Positions 46,427-54,748 are shown, numbered from the stretch's first letter. The stretch: 64,000 nt of DNA from Micrococcales bacterium (GCA_024639965.1 JAHEGC010000011.1:12263-76262); one strand, 5' to 3'. Notes: a model not told the origin generated them from the letters alone. Made by a program: numbers and translations.

Positions 46427-47330
46427 GCGAGAGCACCAGATCCTTCGGTCGCGGGAATCCGCCCTCGGGCTTGGGGAACCACACGTGAACCTGACCGGTT
46501 CCGATGGAGTTCTCATATTCGCTGTAGAGCTCACCCGGCGCGGTGAGCGCCTCTTCACCGAGGGCGCCGGCGAGCGCGAGGTAGTGGAAGAACCCCGCCT
46601 CCGGCTTGTACTTCCGGAAGGTGTCGAAGTCGTCGAGGATCGCCTTGTGGTCGCCCGCCTTCATCCACTCGAGCACCTTGAGGTCGTACTGGTAGGCCTC
46701 CGGTGTGTAGATGTGCTTGGGGTCGCTCGCCTCGTGCTTGCGCAGGTCGCGAAGTTTGTGGAACGTGTGCGACAGCGCGCCCGAGCCGAGGATGAGCACC
46801 TTGCGGTCGGAGTCGCGAATCGCTTCCCCGAGAGCACGTCCCGCGCGAATGAAGTCCTCCGGAGTCGCGGTCTGGCACACCGACATCGAGATCCACGCCT
46901 TTTCGTCGAGACCGCGGCCGAGGTAGTGCCACAGATTGACGGTCGCGTAGAAGATGGGGAGGTGCGGGTCGGCGATGGGGGTCACCCACGTGCCATTCTT
47001 TTCGTCGTAGTTCGCGACGGCTTTGGCGAGTTCGGGGTCACCCTTGATCGCATAGGGAATTTGGGTCATGCCGCGGGGGAGTTCCTCCGAGGTGAACAGG
47101 CCACTGCGCTCGGCGGCCGAGGTGATGACGAATTCGACGGTCGTCGCCCAGTGCGAGTCGAGCACAACGACGGTGTCGTAATCGAGGGTTTCGAAGACGT
47201 CCTTGCGAAGTTTCTTGAGCCCCGGTACGAGCGAAAGTTCCTTGCCGTCGTTGAGGTCTTTACGAACCGCCTCCGGCAACATGATCGTGGGCACGTGAGC
47301 CAGAATGGCGGCTCCGACAACTTCTCCCAT
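46419..47330 (-). CDS. hpaD: 3,4-dihydroxyphenylacetate (homoprotocatechuate) 2,3-dioxygenase, LigB-type extradiol dioxygenase
   Basis: Resembles E. coli HpaD/HpcB along its length (AHVPTIML, VVLDSHWATT, SGALSHTF, SIGTGQVHVWFP). Confidence 0.78.
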   Translation of the reverse strand: MGEVVGAAILAHVPTIMLPEAVRKDLNDGKELSLVPGLKKLRKDVFETLDYDTVVVLDSHWATTVEFVITSAAERSGLFTSEELPRGMTQIPYAIKGDPELAKAVANYDEKNGTWVTPIADPHLPIFYATVNLWHYLGRGLDEKAWISMSVCQTATPEDFIRAGRALGEAIRDSDRKVLILGSGALSHTFHKLRDLRKHEASDPKHIYTPEAYQYDLKVLEWMKAGDHKAILDDFDTFRKYKPEAGFFHYLALAGALGEEALTAPGELYSEYENSIGTGQVHVWFPKPEGGFPRPKDLVLSRD

Positions 47331-47333
47331 GGG

Positions 47334-48797
47334 TTACTCCTTCCATCCGTTCGGTGAAATGACAGTGTTCTTGACATCGGCGTAAAAGTCGAACGACCAA
47401 ATCCCGCCGTCACGGCCGATTCCCGATTTCTTGGAACCGCCGAAGGGGGCGCGGAGGTCGCGCACGAAGAAGCAGTTGACCCAGATGGTGCCCGCGACGA
47501 GTTCGTTCGTGATGCGCGCCGCGTGGTCGCGGTCGCCCGAGACGACGACGGCGGCGAGCCCGAATTCGGTGCCGTTTGCCATCGCGATGACCTCGTCGTC
47601 GGTGGAGAAGGTTTGCATCACCAGCACGGGGCCGAAGATTTCACTCGTGACGATTTCACTGCCGGGGGCCGGGTTCATGACGAGGGTCGGAGTGAAGTAG
47701 AGCCCGCCGAGTTCGGCGTTCGGTTCGCCACCCCAAACGATGTTGTGACCCTCGGCGATGGCGCGGTCGACGAACCCCTTGATGCGGTCGAAGTGGACCT
47801 GGTGGATTTGTGGGCCGATATCGGTCGCGGGGTCGCGCGGGTCACCCTGAGTGAGCGCCGCCGCCTTCTCTCGGAATTTCTCGGCGAATGCGTCGGCGAT
47901 CGATTCGTGCACGAGGATGCGCGTACCCGAGAGGCACACCTGACCGGCGTTGTCGTATTGTTCGACGGCGATCTCGGCTGCGAGGTCGAGGTCGGCGTCG
48001 GCGAGCACGATGCACGGGCTCTTTCCGCCGAGTTCAAACGACACGGGCGTGAGGTTGTCGGCCGCGGCGTGGGCGATGATCTTCGCCGTCGGGACTGAGC
48101 CGGTGAACGAGATTCGGGCGATTCCGGGGTGCGCGGTGAGCGCCGAGCCCGCCTCCTTACCGTATCCGTTGACGACGTTGAAGACGCCGTCGGGGATGCC
48201 CGCCTGCTTGGTGAGGTCGGCGAAGTACGAGGCGGTGAGCGGCGTCCATTCCGCCGGCTTGAGAACGACGGTGTCGCCCGCGGCGAGGGCCGGGCCGATT
48301 TTCCAGGTCGCGAGCATGAGCGGTGCGTTCCACGGCGTGATGAGCGCGGCGACGCCTGACGGATCCCAGGAGACGTTGTTGGTGTGGCCACGAGTCTCAA
48401 ACACATCGTGCTTGAGTTCGTTCATTGCGAAGTCGGCGAAGAACCGAATGTTCATGGCGACGCGAGGCATGACGCCGCGCAGGTGTGAACGGAGGAGTGC
48501 GCCGTTATCGAGCGTCTCAATGTTGGCGAGGGTCTCGATGTTGGCCTCAACGAGGTCGGCGAGTTTGTTGAGCAGTTCGCCCCGTTTGTGGGGGCCGAGC
48601 TTCGACCAGGCGGGGAACGCGGCGCGAGCGGCCCGAACGGCGAGATCGATTTCGGCTTCGCCTCCGCGGGCGATGTCACCGAGGAAGGTTCCGTCGATGG
48701 GCGAGGTGTTGACGTAGGTCTCCGCCGAGGCGACGCGCTGGCCATTGATGTAGTGGCGCGTGTCGACCGCGACACCGGCGACGTCGATGGTGCTCAT
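47334..48797 (-). CDS. hpaE: 5-carboxymethyl-2-hydroxymuconate semialdehyde dehydrogenase
   Basis: ALDH motifs (ITPWNAPL, ELGGKSP, catalytic Cys in NAGQVCLSGTR) and HpaE-like N- and C-termini. ATG 48797 follows GAGG. Confidence 0.75.
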   Translation of the reverse strand: MSTIDVAGVAVDTRHYINGQRVASAETYVNTSPIDGTFLGDIARGGEAEIDLAVRAARAAFPAWSKLGPHKRGELLNKLADLVEANIETLANIETLDNGALLRSHLRGVMPRVAMNIRFFADFAMNELKHDVFETRGHTNNVSWDPSGVAALITPWNAPLMLATWKIGPALAAGDTVVLKPAEWTPLTASYFADLTKQAGIPDGVFNVVNGYGKEAGSALTAHPGIARISFTGSVPTAKIIAHAAADNLTPVSFELGGKSPCIVLADADLDLAAEIAVEQYDNAGQVCLSGTRILVHESIADAFAEKFREKAAALTQGDPRDPATDIGPQIHQVHFDRIKGFVDRAIAEGHNIVWGGEPNAELGGLYFTPTLVMNPAPGSEIVTSEIFGPVLVMQTFSTDDEVIAMANGTEFGLAAVVVSGDRDHAARITNELVAGTIWVNCFFVRDLRAPFGGSKKSGIGRDGGIWSFDFYADVKNTVISPNGWKE

Positions 48798-48909
48798 CGG
48801 GTCCAACCTCACTTCATCGGGAGAAAGATAATCATTCGCATACTAACGATTGTTTCCCTGATATAAAAGTCCTGTTGCAATCTTTTTTGCGAATCCCGAA
48901 AGGCTCACC

Positions 48910-49608
48910 ATGACGCACGCACCCCGTCCGCGAATCGCCATTCTCGCGCGCTTCGCCGAGAGCACCTCGGCGACTCGTTACGCGGCGATTGTGACGGCTC
49001 GCCGTCTCGCCGAACTCGTCTGGGCTGCCGGTGGCGAACCCCTGACGATGCTCCCCGTCGCGGGTGCGGATTGGTCCGATCGCCTCCGTGGAATTGATGG
49101 CGTGCTCATGCCGGGAGGCGCCGACATCAACCCGCGAACCTACGGACAAGAAATTGCCTCCGACCACGTTTACGACGTGGACGACCTCGCCGACGAGGCG
49201 GACATCGCACTCGTGAAGCACGCGCTCGCCTCGGGCCTCCCCTATCTCGCGATTTGCCGTGGGCTCCAGATCACCAATGTCGCCCTCGGTGGAACACTTG
49301 TTCAACACATGGAGCAGCCGCATCAACACCACGTGGCGCCTGTCACATTCGAAAGCCACGTCGACGAGCTCGGCCTCTCGACCGCCACGGTTCAGGCGTC
49401 GTGTTACCACCACCAAATGATCGACGAGGTCGCCCCCGGCATCGAGGTCATCGCCCGGTCGGCCGAAGGGCACGTCGAAGCGGCGAAGATCCCGGCGAAG
49501 GGATGGGCGTTCGGAGTGCAGTGGCACCCCGAGGACAACTACGACACCAACGCCCCACAGCTCGAGCTCGTGACGCGGTTCGTTGCCGAGGCGAAGGCGC
49601 GCGCCTAG
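48910..49608 (+). CDS. Gamma-glutamyl-GABA hydrolase family (PuuD-like, peptidase C26 class-I amidotransferase)
   Basis: Nucleophile elbow AICRGLQ, plus HHQ and GVQWHPE. Confidence 0.8.
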   Translation: MTHAPRPRIAILARFAESTSATRYAAIVTARRLAELVWAAGGEPLTMLPVAGADWSDRLRGIDGVLMPGGADINPRTYGQEIASDHVYDVDDLADEADIALVKHALASGLPYLAICRGLQITNVALGGTLVQHMEQPHQHHVAPVTFESHVDELGLSTATVQASCYHHQMIDEVAPGIEVIARSAEGHVEAAKIPAKGWAFGVQWHPEDNYDTNAPQLELVTRFVAEAKARA

Positions 49609-50099
49609 CCCTCGATCTTCGCTGTAATCGCGCGGAGCATGTCAGCGAGGTCCGTGCGCTTGCCGTCCGGAATCGCCGAGACAACGTCGATCTCCTGCTT
49701 GTTGAACGCGGGGAAAAGATTCTCCATCAGTTTGTGACCCGCGGGGAGCAGCGTCACGATGACAAGTCGCCCGTCTGACGCGCTGCGCGAGCGCTTCGCG
49801 AGTCCCATTTTTTCGAGCGTCGTGAGTACACCCGTGAGCGTCGCTTTGGAGATGCTCGCCTCGGCCGCGATCTCGCGTGTTTCGGCCGGCTCCCAAATCC
49901 ACGTCACCCACAGCACGACGAACGCCGTCCAGGAAAGACCGGATGCGGCGAGAACGGTGCGCTCGAAGTTGTTGCGAACGGCGCTCGCTGCGCGAAAAAG
50001 ATTGGAGGACACCGCCATCGCCTCGAAATCGAGGGTCATGTGGCTCAACCGGTTGGCGACGCGCGCTTCGGTCTCCGCGAGGGTGTGGCTGCCAGTCAT
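49605..50099 (-). CDS. MarR-family transcriptional regulator
   Basis: 164 aa with a winged-helix core (LTGVLTTLEKMGLAKRSRSASDGR). Divergent from the P450 gene. Confidence 0.8.
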   Translation of the reverse strand: MTGSHTLAETEARVANRLSHMTLDFEAMAVSSNLFRAASAVRNNFERTVLAASGLSWTAFVVLWVTWIWEPAETREIAAEASISKATLTGVLTTLEKMGLAKRSRSASDGRLVIVTLLPAGHKLMENLFPAFNKQEIDVVSAIPDGKRTDLADMLRAITAKIEG

Positions 50100-50107
50100 T
50101 TGTATCC

Positions 50108-50132
50108 TAAGAATCGGTTTTCCCTATTCTTA
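50108..50132. promoter_or_regulatory. Inverted repeat between marR and the P450 gene (candidate MarR operator)
   Basis: TAAGAAT-N11-ATTCTTA, starting 9 nt upstream of the marR start codon. Confidence 0.4.
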
Positions 50133-50182
50133 TGCACCCTCTTGACGGGCATACGGGGTTTGGTATTAGTATTGTTTATATT

Positions 50183-50195
50183 ATTCGTACCCGAA
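50183..50195. promoter_or_regulatory. ATTCGTACCCGAA box upstream of the P450 gene (copy 1 of 2)
   Basis: Same 13-mer as at 54630..54642. It ends 21 nt before the P450 ATG. Confidence 0.35.
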
Positions 50196-50216
50196 CAATC
50201 TCAACGAGGAGAAATC

Positions 50217-51455
50217 ATGGCGACGCAATCACTCGCAGATCTTGATCTGTTTGACAAGGGCGCACCGTGGGACGTCTTCGCGGAACTCCGTGAGAAGGCC
50301 CCCATCAACTGGAGCGACGAGACCGACGGCGGCTCGGGATTCTGGTCGGTCATGAAGTACCACGACATCGTCAACGTTCTCCGCGATCCCGCGACGTTCA
50401 CGAGCGAACACTTCACCAACCTCGAGGAACTCGAACCCGACCAAGAAGAAGCGCGTCGCTCGCTCATCGACACCGACGGCACGCGTCACCGCGCACTGCG
50501 CCGTCTCCTCCAGGGGGAGTTCACGCCCAACAACGTCGCCAAGTACGAGACGTTCCTCCGTGGTCTGACCGCGACGACCCTCGACCAAGCGTTCGCGAAG
50601 GGCGAATTCGACTTCCTCCAGGATGTCGCCGCCGACTTCCCCATCCGCGTGCTCTCACGACTTCTCGATGTGCCCGACACCGACATCGACGACATCATCC
50701 GGTGGGGAAACGCGATGATCGGAAACTCCGACCCCGAACTCTCGTCGATGCTTCCGACCGACCCGGAGAGCGAGAAGTTCCGCCTCGTTCCGTTCCGTTC
50801 GCCGGCCGCCCTCGAGGTGTTCGCCTACGGTGACGAGCTCAAGCGCCAGCGCCTCGGGCACAACGGTGTCGACCTCGTGTCGAAGATGATCAACCAGACG
50901 CCGATGGACGGAACCCCGCTCAGCGATCGCGACTTCCACACCAACTTCCTGCTGCTCATCGTTGCGGGTCACGAGACGACGCGTCAGACGATCGCGCACA
51001 CGATGAACAACCTCATCGACAACCCGCAGGTCATCGAGTATCTCCAGCAGAACCCGCAGGACATCCCGTGGGCGGTCGAAGAGTTCCTTCGCTTGGCGAG
51101 CCCCGTTTACCACTTCCGCCGAACCGCGACGAAGGACGTCGACTTCAAGGGTCAGCACATCGAGAAGGGCCAGAAGGTCGTCGTGTGGTTCGCGTCGGGA
51201 AACCGCGACCCCGAGATCTTCAAGGACCCCAACGCGATGAACCCGACCCGTATGCCGAACGAGCACATGTCGTTCGGTCGCGGCGGACCCCACCTCTGTC
51301 TCGGAAACGCGCTCGCGCGTATCGAGCTCATCATCATGTTCGAAGACCTCATCGGCCGTATTTCGTCGATGGAACGCACCGCACCGATCGAGTACCTTCA
51401 CTCAAACTTCGTGCACGGCGTCAAGGGGATGCCCGTCAAGGTGACCCTGCGCTAA
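50217..51455 (+). CDS. Cytochrome P450
   Basis: ATG 50217 follows GAGGAGA. I-helix AGHETT, EEFLR (ExxR), heme loop FGRGGPHLCLGNALAR. The 50040 start would overlap marR. Confidence 0.9.
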   Translation: MATQSLADLDLFDKGAPWDVFAELREKAPINWSDETDGGSGFWSVMKYHDIVNVLRDPATFTSEHFTNLEELEPDQEEARRSLIDTDGTRHRALRRLLQGEFTPNNVAKYETFLRGLTATTLDQAFAKGEFDFLQDVAADFPIRVLSRLLDVPDTDIDDIIRWGNAMIGNSDPELSSMLPTDPESEKFRLVPFRSPAALEVFAYGDELKRQRLGHNGVDLVSKMINQTPMDGTPLSDRDFHTNFLLLIVAGHETTRQTIAHTMNNLIDNPQVIEYLQQNPQDIPWAVEEFLRLASPVYHFRRTATKDVDFKGQHIEKGQKVVVWFASGNRDPEIFKDPNAMNPTRMPNEHMSFGRGGPHLCLGNALARIELIIMFEDLIGRISSMERTAPIEYLHSNFVHGVKGMPVKVTLR

Positions 51456-51506
51456 AAAAAGCGTGCCGGGCCGGCCTCGTGGTGGAGTCGGCCCCGTACC
51501 CATACA

Positions 51507-51534
51507 GAACGGCCCCGCAGAAGCGGGGCCGTTC
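51507..51534. terminator. Bidirectional stem-loop between convergent P450 and amidotransferase genes
   Basis: Perfect 12-bp stem GAACGGCCCCGC-agaa-GCGGGGCCGTTC. Confidence 0.7.
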
Positions 51535-51552
51535 TCACGTTGAGAGGGGGAT

Positions 51553-52260
51553 CTAGATGAGCTTCGCGACGCGGTGGAGGAACGCGTCGATGAGTTTGTA
51601 GGTTCGCGCCTCGCCCGCCGCATCCTCGGCGATCGTTTGCGCGAGCATCACGTCGGGGTCTTGGTTGTCCTTGATGACGAGCGGAACCCCGCCCTCGTCG
51701 AGCCACCCCTTGAGAGCGGCCGAGTCGAGTTCGGGGTGGAACTGCACCGCGAGCGAGCGGTTGATGACGAACGCTTGCGACGCGACCGGGTTGCGCGCGA
51801 TCTCCGTCGCTCCGGGCGGCACCTGCCAGCGGTCGTAGTGGAACTGGAACCACGGACCGTTTCCGACGAGGTCGTGGTCGTCGCTCCAAATGTTGGTCCA
51901 CCCGATCTCGGGGTGCTCTCCGGGGGCGACCGAGCCACCCATCGCGCGGGCCATCAGTTGACCGCCGAAGCAGATTCCGAGAACGGGCCGGTCCGCGGCG
52001 ACGAGGTCGCGGCACATCTCGAGTTCCGGGGTGAGCCAGTTCCCAATACACGCGTCATCCCACGCACCCCAGGGCGCTCCGAGAAAGACGACGAGGTCGA
52101 ATTGCGTCGGGTCGGGGAAGTCGACGGCGACGTTCGGTTCACGGAACGACGTCTCGGGGACAACGAGGAATTCGGTGATATCGAAACCGTGGTGTTCGAG
52201 ACGTTTGCCGACTGGGCCTGTGGGGCTCACGTGGTCGTGCTGAATGACGAGGGCTTTCAT
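51553..52260 (-). CDS. Class I glutamine amidotransferase-like protein (probable gamma-glutamyl-amide hydrolase)
   Basis: Nucleophile elbow GICFGGQ and QFHPE. Paralogue of 60433..61152. Confidence 0.75.
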   Translation of the reverse strand: MKALVIQHDHVSPTGPVGKRLEHHGFDITEFLVVPETSFREPNVAVDFPDPTQFDLVVFLGAPWGAWDDACIGNWLTPELEMCRDLVAADRPVLGICFGGQLMARAMGGSVAPGEHPEIGWTNIWSDDHDLVGNGPWFQFHYDRWQVPPGATEIARNPVASQAFVINRSLAVQFHPELDSAALKGWLDEGGVPLVIKDNQDPDVMLAQTIAEDAAGEARTYKLIDAFLHRVAKLI

Positions 52261-52338
52261 GAACTTCTCCTTAGGAGCGGCGATGCTCCACGACTATTGT
52301 GACTCAGAAGGGCGATTCGATACAATTCATTTGCCCCC

Positions 52339-52352
52339 TAACGATATCGTTA
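52339..52352. promoter_or_regulatory. Perfect 14-bp palindrome upstream of the GS-like gene
   Basis: TAACGATATCGTTA, ending 30 nt upstream of ATG 52383. Confidence 0.4.
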
Positions 52353-52382
52353 CCTCAACAGACTTGCCACAAAGGAGTAGCA

Positions 52383-53735
52383 ATGGTCAAGGATCTCGCC
52401 AAACTGCGCGACGACCTCGGAGAGCGTGGAATCGATGTGCTTCGCGTGATGTATGCGGACGTTCTCGGCATCGCACGCTCGAAGGACATCCTCGTCAGCC
52501 AGCTCGACAAGGCGGCCCACAACGGTCCGGCATTCAGTCAGGGCGTGTGGACGACGACGACGGGCGGAGAGTTCCACGAGGCAAACGGCATCGCGAACGA
52601 CGGGTTGCAGGACTTCCTCACAAAGATCCTCCCCAGTTCGATCTCACCGCTCGCCTGGGAACCCGGTGTCGCCTACGTGATCGGTGATGCGTTCAACCCG
52701 AACGGCAAACCCAACATGATGTCGCCGCGTTCGGTGCTCCAGAAGGTCCTCGAAAGCTACAAGAACCTCGGGCTCCACCCCGTCGTCGGACCGGAACTCG
52801 AGTTCTACATTTCGACTCAGGACGAGCACGGCACCTACCACCGCTTCGCCAAGGAGACGGGTCGCGTGTACACGACCGGAACGCAGGTCGACCCCGACGG
52901 CGACTTCCTCTATCTCATGCGCATGCTCGACAACCTCAACATCGGCGCGTTCGCGGGCAACCACGAGTTCAGCCCGAGCCAGTACGAAATCAACCTCTGG
53001 CACTCCGAAGCGCTGGATGCGGCCGACCGCACCTTCTTCTTCAAGACGGCGGTCAAGGACATCATCGCCAAGCGGGGTAAGCACGCGACCTTCCTCGGCA
53101 AGCCGTGGAGCGACGAGGGCGGCTCCGGCTTCCACCTTCACTTCTCCATCACCGACGCCGACGGCATCAACCAGATGCACGACGGCCGCGGGCGGCTTTC
53201 TGATGCGGCGAAGATGCTGATCGCGGGAATCGTCAAAAATGCGAACGCCCTCACCGCGTTCACCAATCCGACCGTCAACGCGTTCAAGCGACTCGGCCCC
53301 GACACCCTCGCGCCCTACCGGTCGAACTGGGGTTACGACAACCGTTCGTGCATGGTGCGCATTCCTCCGGAGCGCGGCCAGGGCACTCGACTCGAAATTC
53401 GCGTCGGCGACGGTGCGGCGAACCCCTACCTCGTCATCGCGGGAATTCTCGCGGCGGGTCTCGACGGAATCGTCAATGAACTCGAATGCCCGCCCGACGC
53501 CGTCGGCATGGCCTATGACAACGAGGGCGCCGAGGTGCTCCCGCAGTCGTTCACCGAAGCGCTCGATGCGCTCGAGGCGAACGACGCCCTTCGTACTCAG
53601 ATGTCGCAGGAGCTCATCAACGTGTTCATGGTTCTCAAGCGCGACGAAATCGCGCGCTACGAAGCCGAAGTCTCCGACCCCACGACCCGCGAGGTTACCG
53701 ATTGGGAGATCAAGGAATACGGCTCCGCCTACTAG
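52383..53735 (+). CDS. Glutamine synthetase family protein (GlnA-like gamma-glutamyl-amine synthetase)
   Basis: ATG 52383 follows AAGGAG. GS catalytic motifs PELEFY, NHEFSPSQYEIN, GSGFHLHFS and RVGDGAANPYL. Confidence 0.85.
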   Translation: MVKDLAKLRDDLGERGIDVLRVMYADVLGIARSKDILVSQLDKAAHNGPAFSQGVWTTTTGGEFHEANGIANDGLQDFLTKILPSSISPLAWEPGVAYVIGDAFNPNGKPNMMSPRSVLQKVLESYKNLGLHPVVGPELEFYISTQDEHGTYHRFAKETGRVYTTGTQVDPDGDFLYLMRMLDNLNIGAFAGNHEFSPSQYEINLWHSEALDAADRTFFFKTAVKDIIAKRGKHATFLGKPWSDEGGSGFHLHFSITDADGINQMHDGRGRLSDAAKMLIAGIVKNANALTAFTNPTVNAFKRLGPDTLAPYRSNWGYDNRSCMVRIPPERGQGTRLEIRVGDGAANPYLVIAGILAAGLDGIVNELECPPDAVGMAYDNEGAEVLPQSFTEALDALEANDALRTQMSQELINVFMVLKRDEIARYEAEVSDPTTREVTDWEIKEYGSAY

Positions 53736-53744
53736 GCCAGATAC

Positions 53745-53784
53745 GAACGACGCCCGCCAACCGATCGGTTGACGGGCGTCGTTC
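53745..53784. terminator. Bidirectional stem-loop between convergent GS-like and ADC-like genes
   Basis: Stem GAACGACGCCCG...CGGGCGTCGTTC with an inner palindrome CAACCGATCGGTTG. Confidence 0.65.
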
Positions 53785-53793
53785 GTTCAATGA

Positions 53794-54609
53794 TTAGATC
53801 GAGGGGTTGGATCCGAGGTCGGCGACGAGCGTTCCGCCGTTGAAGGTGGTTCCTACCTCGCGGAAGTAACCGCCGAGAATCTCCTTCACCGGAAGGATCG
53901 AGCCGAGCTCGTCCCATTGCGAATCGCTCAGGGTCAGTTCCGCGGTGCCACCCCACGCCGGACCGAGATCGAGGTCGACGCCACCCATCGTGATGAGCTG
54001 GTCGAGGGAGTTGCCCTTGCCGGGGGTGATCGACGGAACCCAGCGGTTGTGGAGCATTTTGTGACCGTTGACGAAACCGTTGCTCTCAACGGGACCTGTG
54101 AGGGTCACCTTCGCCGACGCGAGGCGGTGGTCGTACGCCGCGAGGCTCGCACCAAACTTCGCGCCTTTCTCGAGGCGGGGTGTTGCCTTGCCACGGTTGT
54201 ACACACGCGTCGCGTGCATCGAACCCAGCTTCTTCGGGTAGCCCTGGAACCAACCGCGCGCCATGGCGAAATCCTTGGTCACCCAGATCGCGACACAACG
54301 GCTGTACGTAACGCCGTCGTACTTGCAGCGAACAACGACGAACGTCTCCATATATTGTGAACGATCGGGATCGAGCAACTCCTCGAAGTCGTCACTACAC
54401 GACTGCCAGTCGGCCCAGATGAGCGCGACCGCGCCCGGCTGCTCGTCGGCGAGATCGAGTTCGGCGGGCAGGATAGCGCGGACGTTCGCCGGGTCGGTGA
54501 GGTACTCCACGGTGAGTAGTGTGCCCGAATAGTGCCACGGCATCTCGGGGATAACGGCGCTCTTCCCCGACGGGGTCTTGGGCGCAAGAAAGCCTTTAAG
54601 TTCGCTCAT
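53794..54609 (-). CDS. Acetoacetate decarboxylase (ADC) family protein
   Basis: 271 aa with an N-terminal MPWHYSGTLLTVEYLTD-type pattern and a length typical of the ADC/MppR-like family. Confidence 0.6.
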   Translation of the reverse strand: MSELKGFLAPKTPSGKSAVIPEMPWHYSGTLLTVEYLTDPANVRAILPAELDLADEQPGAVALIWADWQSCSDDFEELLDPDRSQYMETFVVVRCKYDGVTYSRCVAIWVTKDFAMARGWFQGYPKKLGSMHATRVYNRGKATPRLEKGAKFGASLAAYDHRLASAKVTLTGPVESNGFVNGHKMLHNRWVPSITPGKGNSLDQLITMGGVDLDLGPAWGGTAELTLSDSQWDELGSILPVKEILGGYFREVGTTFNGGTLVADLGSNPSI

Positions 54610-54629
54610 GAGTCCCGAGTGTAGCGGTC

Positions 54630-54643
54630 ATTCGTACCCGAAT
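54630..54643. promoter_or_regulatory. ATTCGTACCCGAAT box upstream of the ADC-like gene (copy 2 of 2)
   Basis: Palindromic arms ATTCG/CGAAT. It begins 20 nt upstream of the ADC-like start codon at 54609. Confidence 0.35.
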
Positions 54644-54714
54644 AAATAGTCGCGGCTGATTTCCGTCGGAAAAAATATTCCATATTAAGTGCTTGCGTTC
54701 GCGCTCAATTTTTG

Positions 54715-54748
54715 AAACGATAGGGGTAATCGTTTACCCCCAAACGAT
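54715..54748. promoter_or_regulatory. AAACGAT inverted repeat plus a third half-site upstream of the permease gene
   Basis: AAACGAT-N7-ATCGTTT (54715..54735) and another AAACGAT at 54742..54748. Confidence 0.35.

Noticed and set aside
48500-48560. Apparent in-frame tandem repeat ANIETL-ANIETL in hpaE
   Set aside because: From memory of E. coli HpaE, this segment aligns without a length change (NVPEIAAMETADTG versus NIETLANIETLDNG). It is therefore not an insertion or duplication and is likely coincidental.
50040-50216. Longer P450 start overlapping marR and the AT-rich spacer
   Set aside because: The extension crosses the divergent regulator gene and the promoter region. ATG 50217 has a strong GAGGAGA ribosome-binding site and a typical P450 N-terminus.
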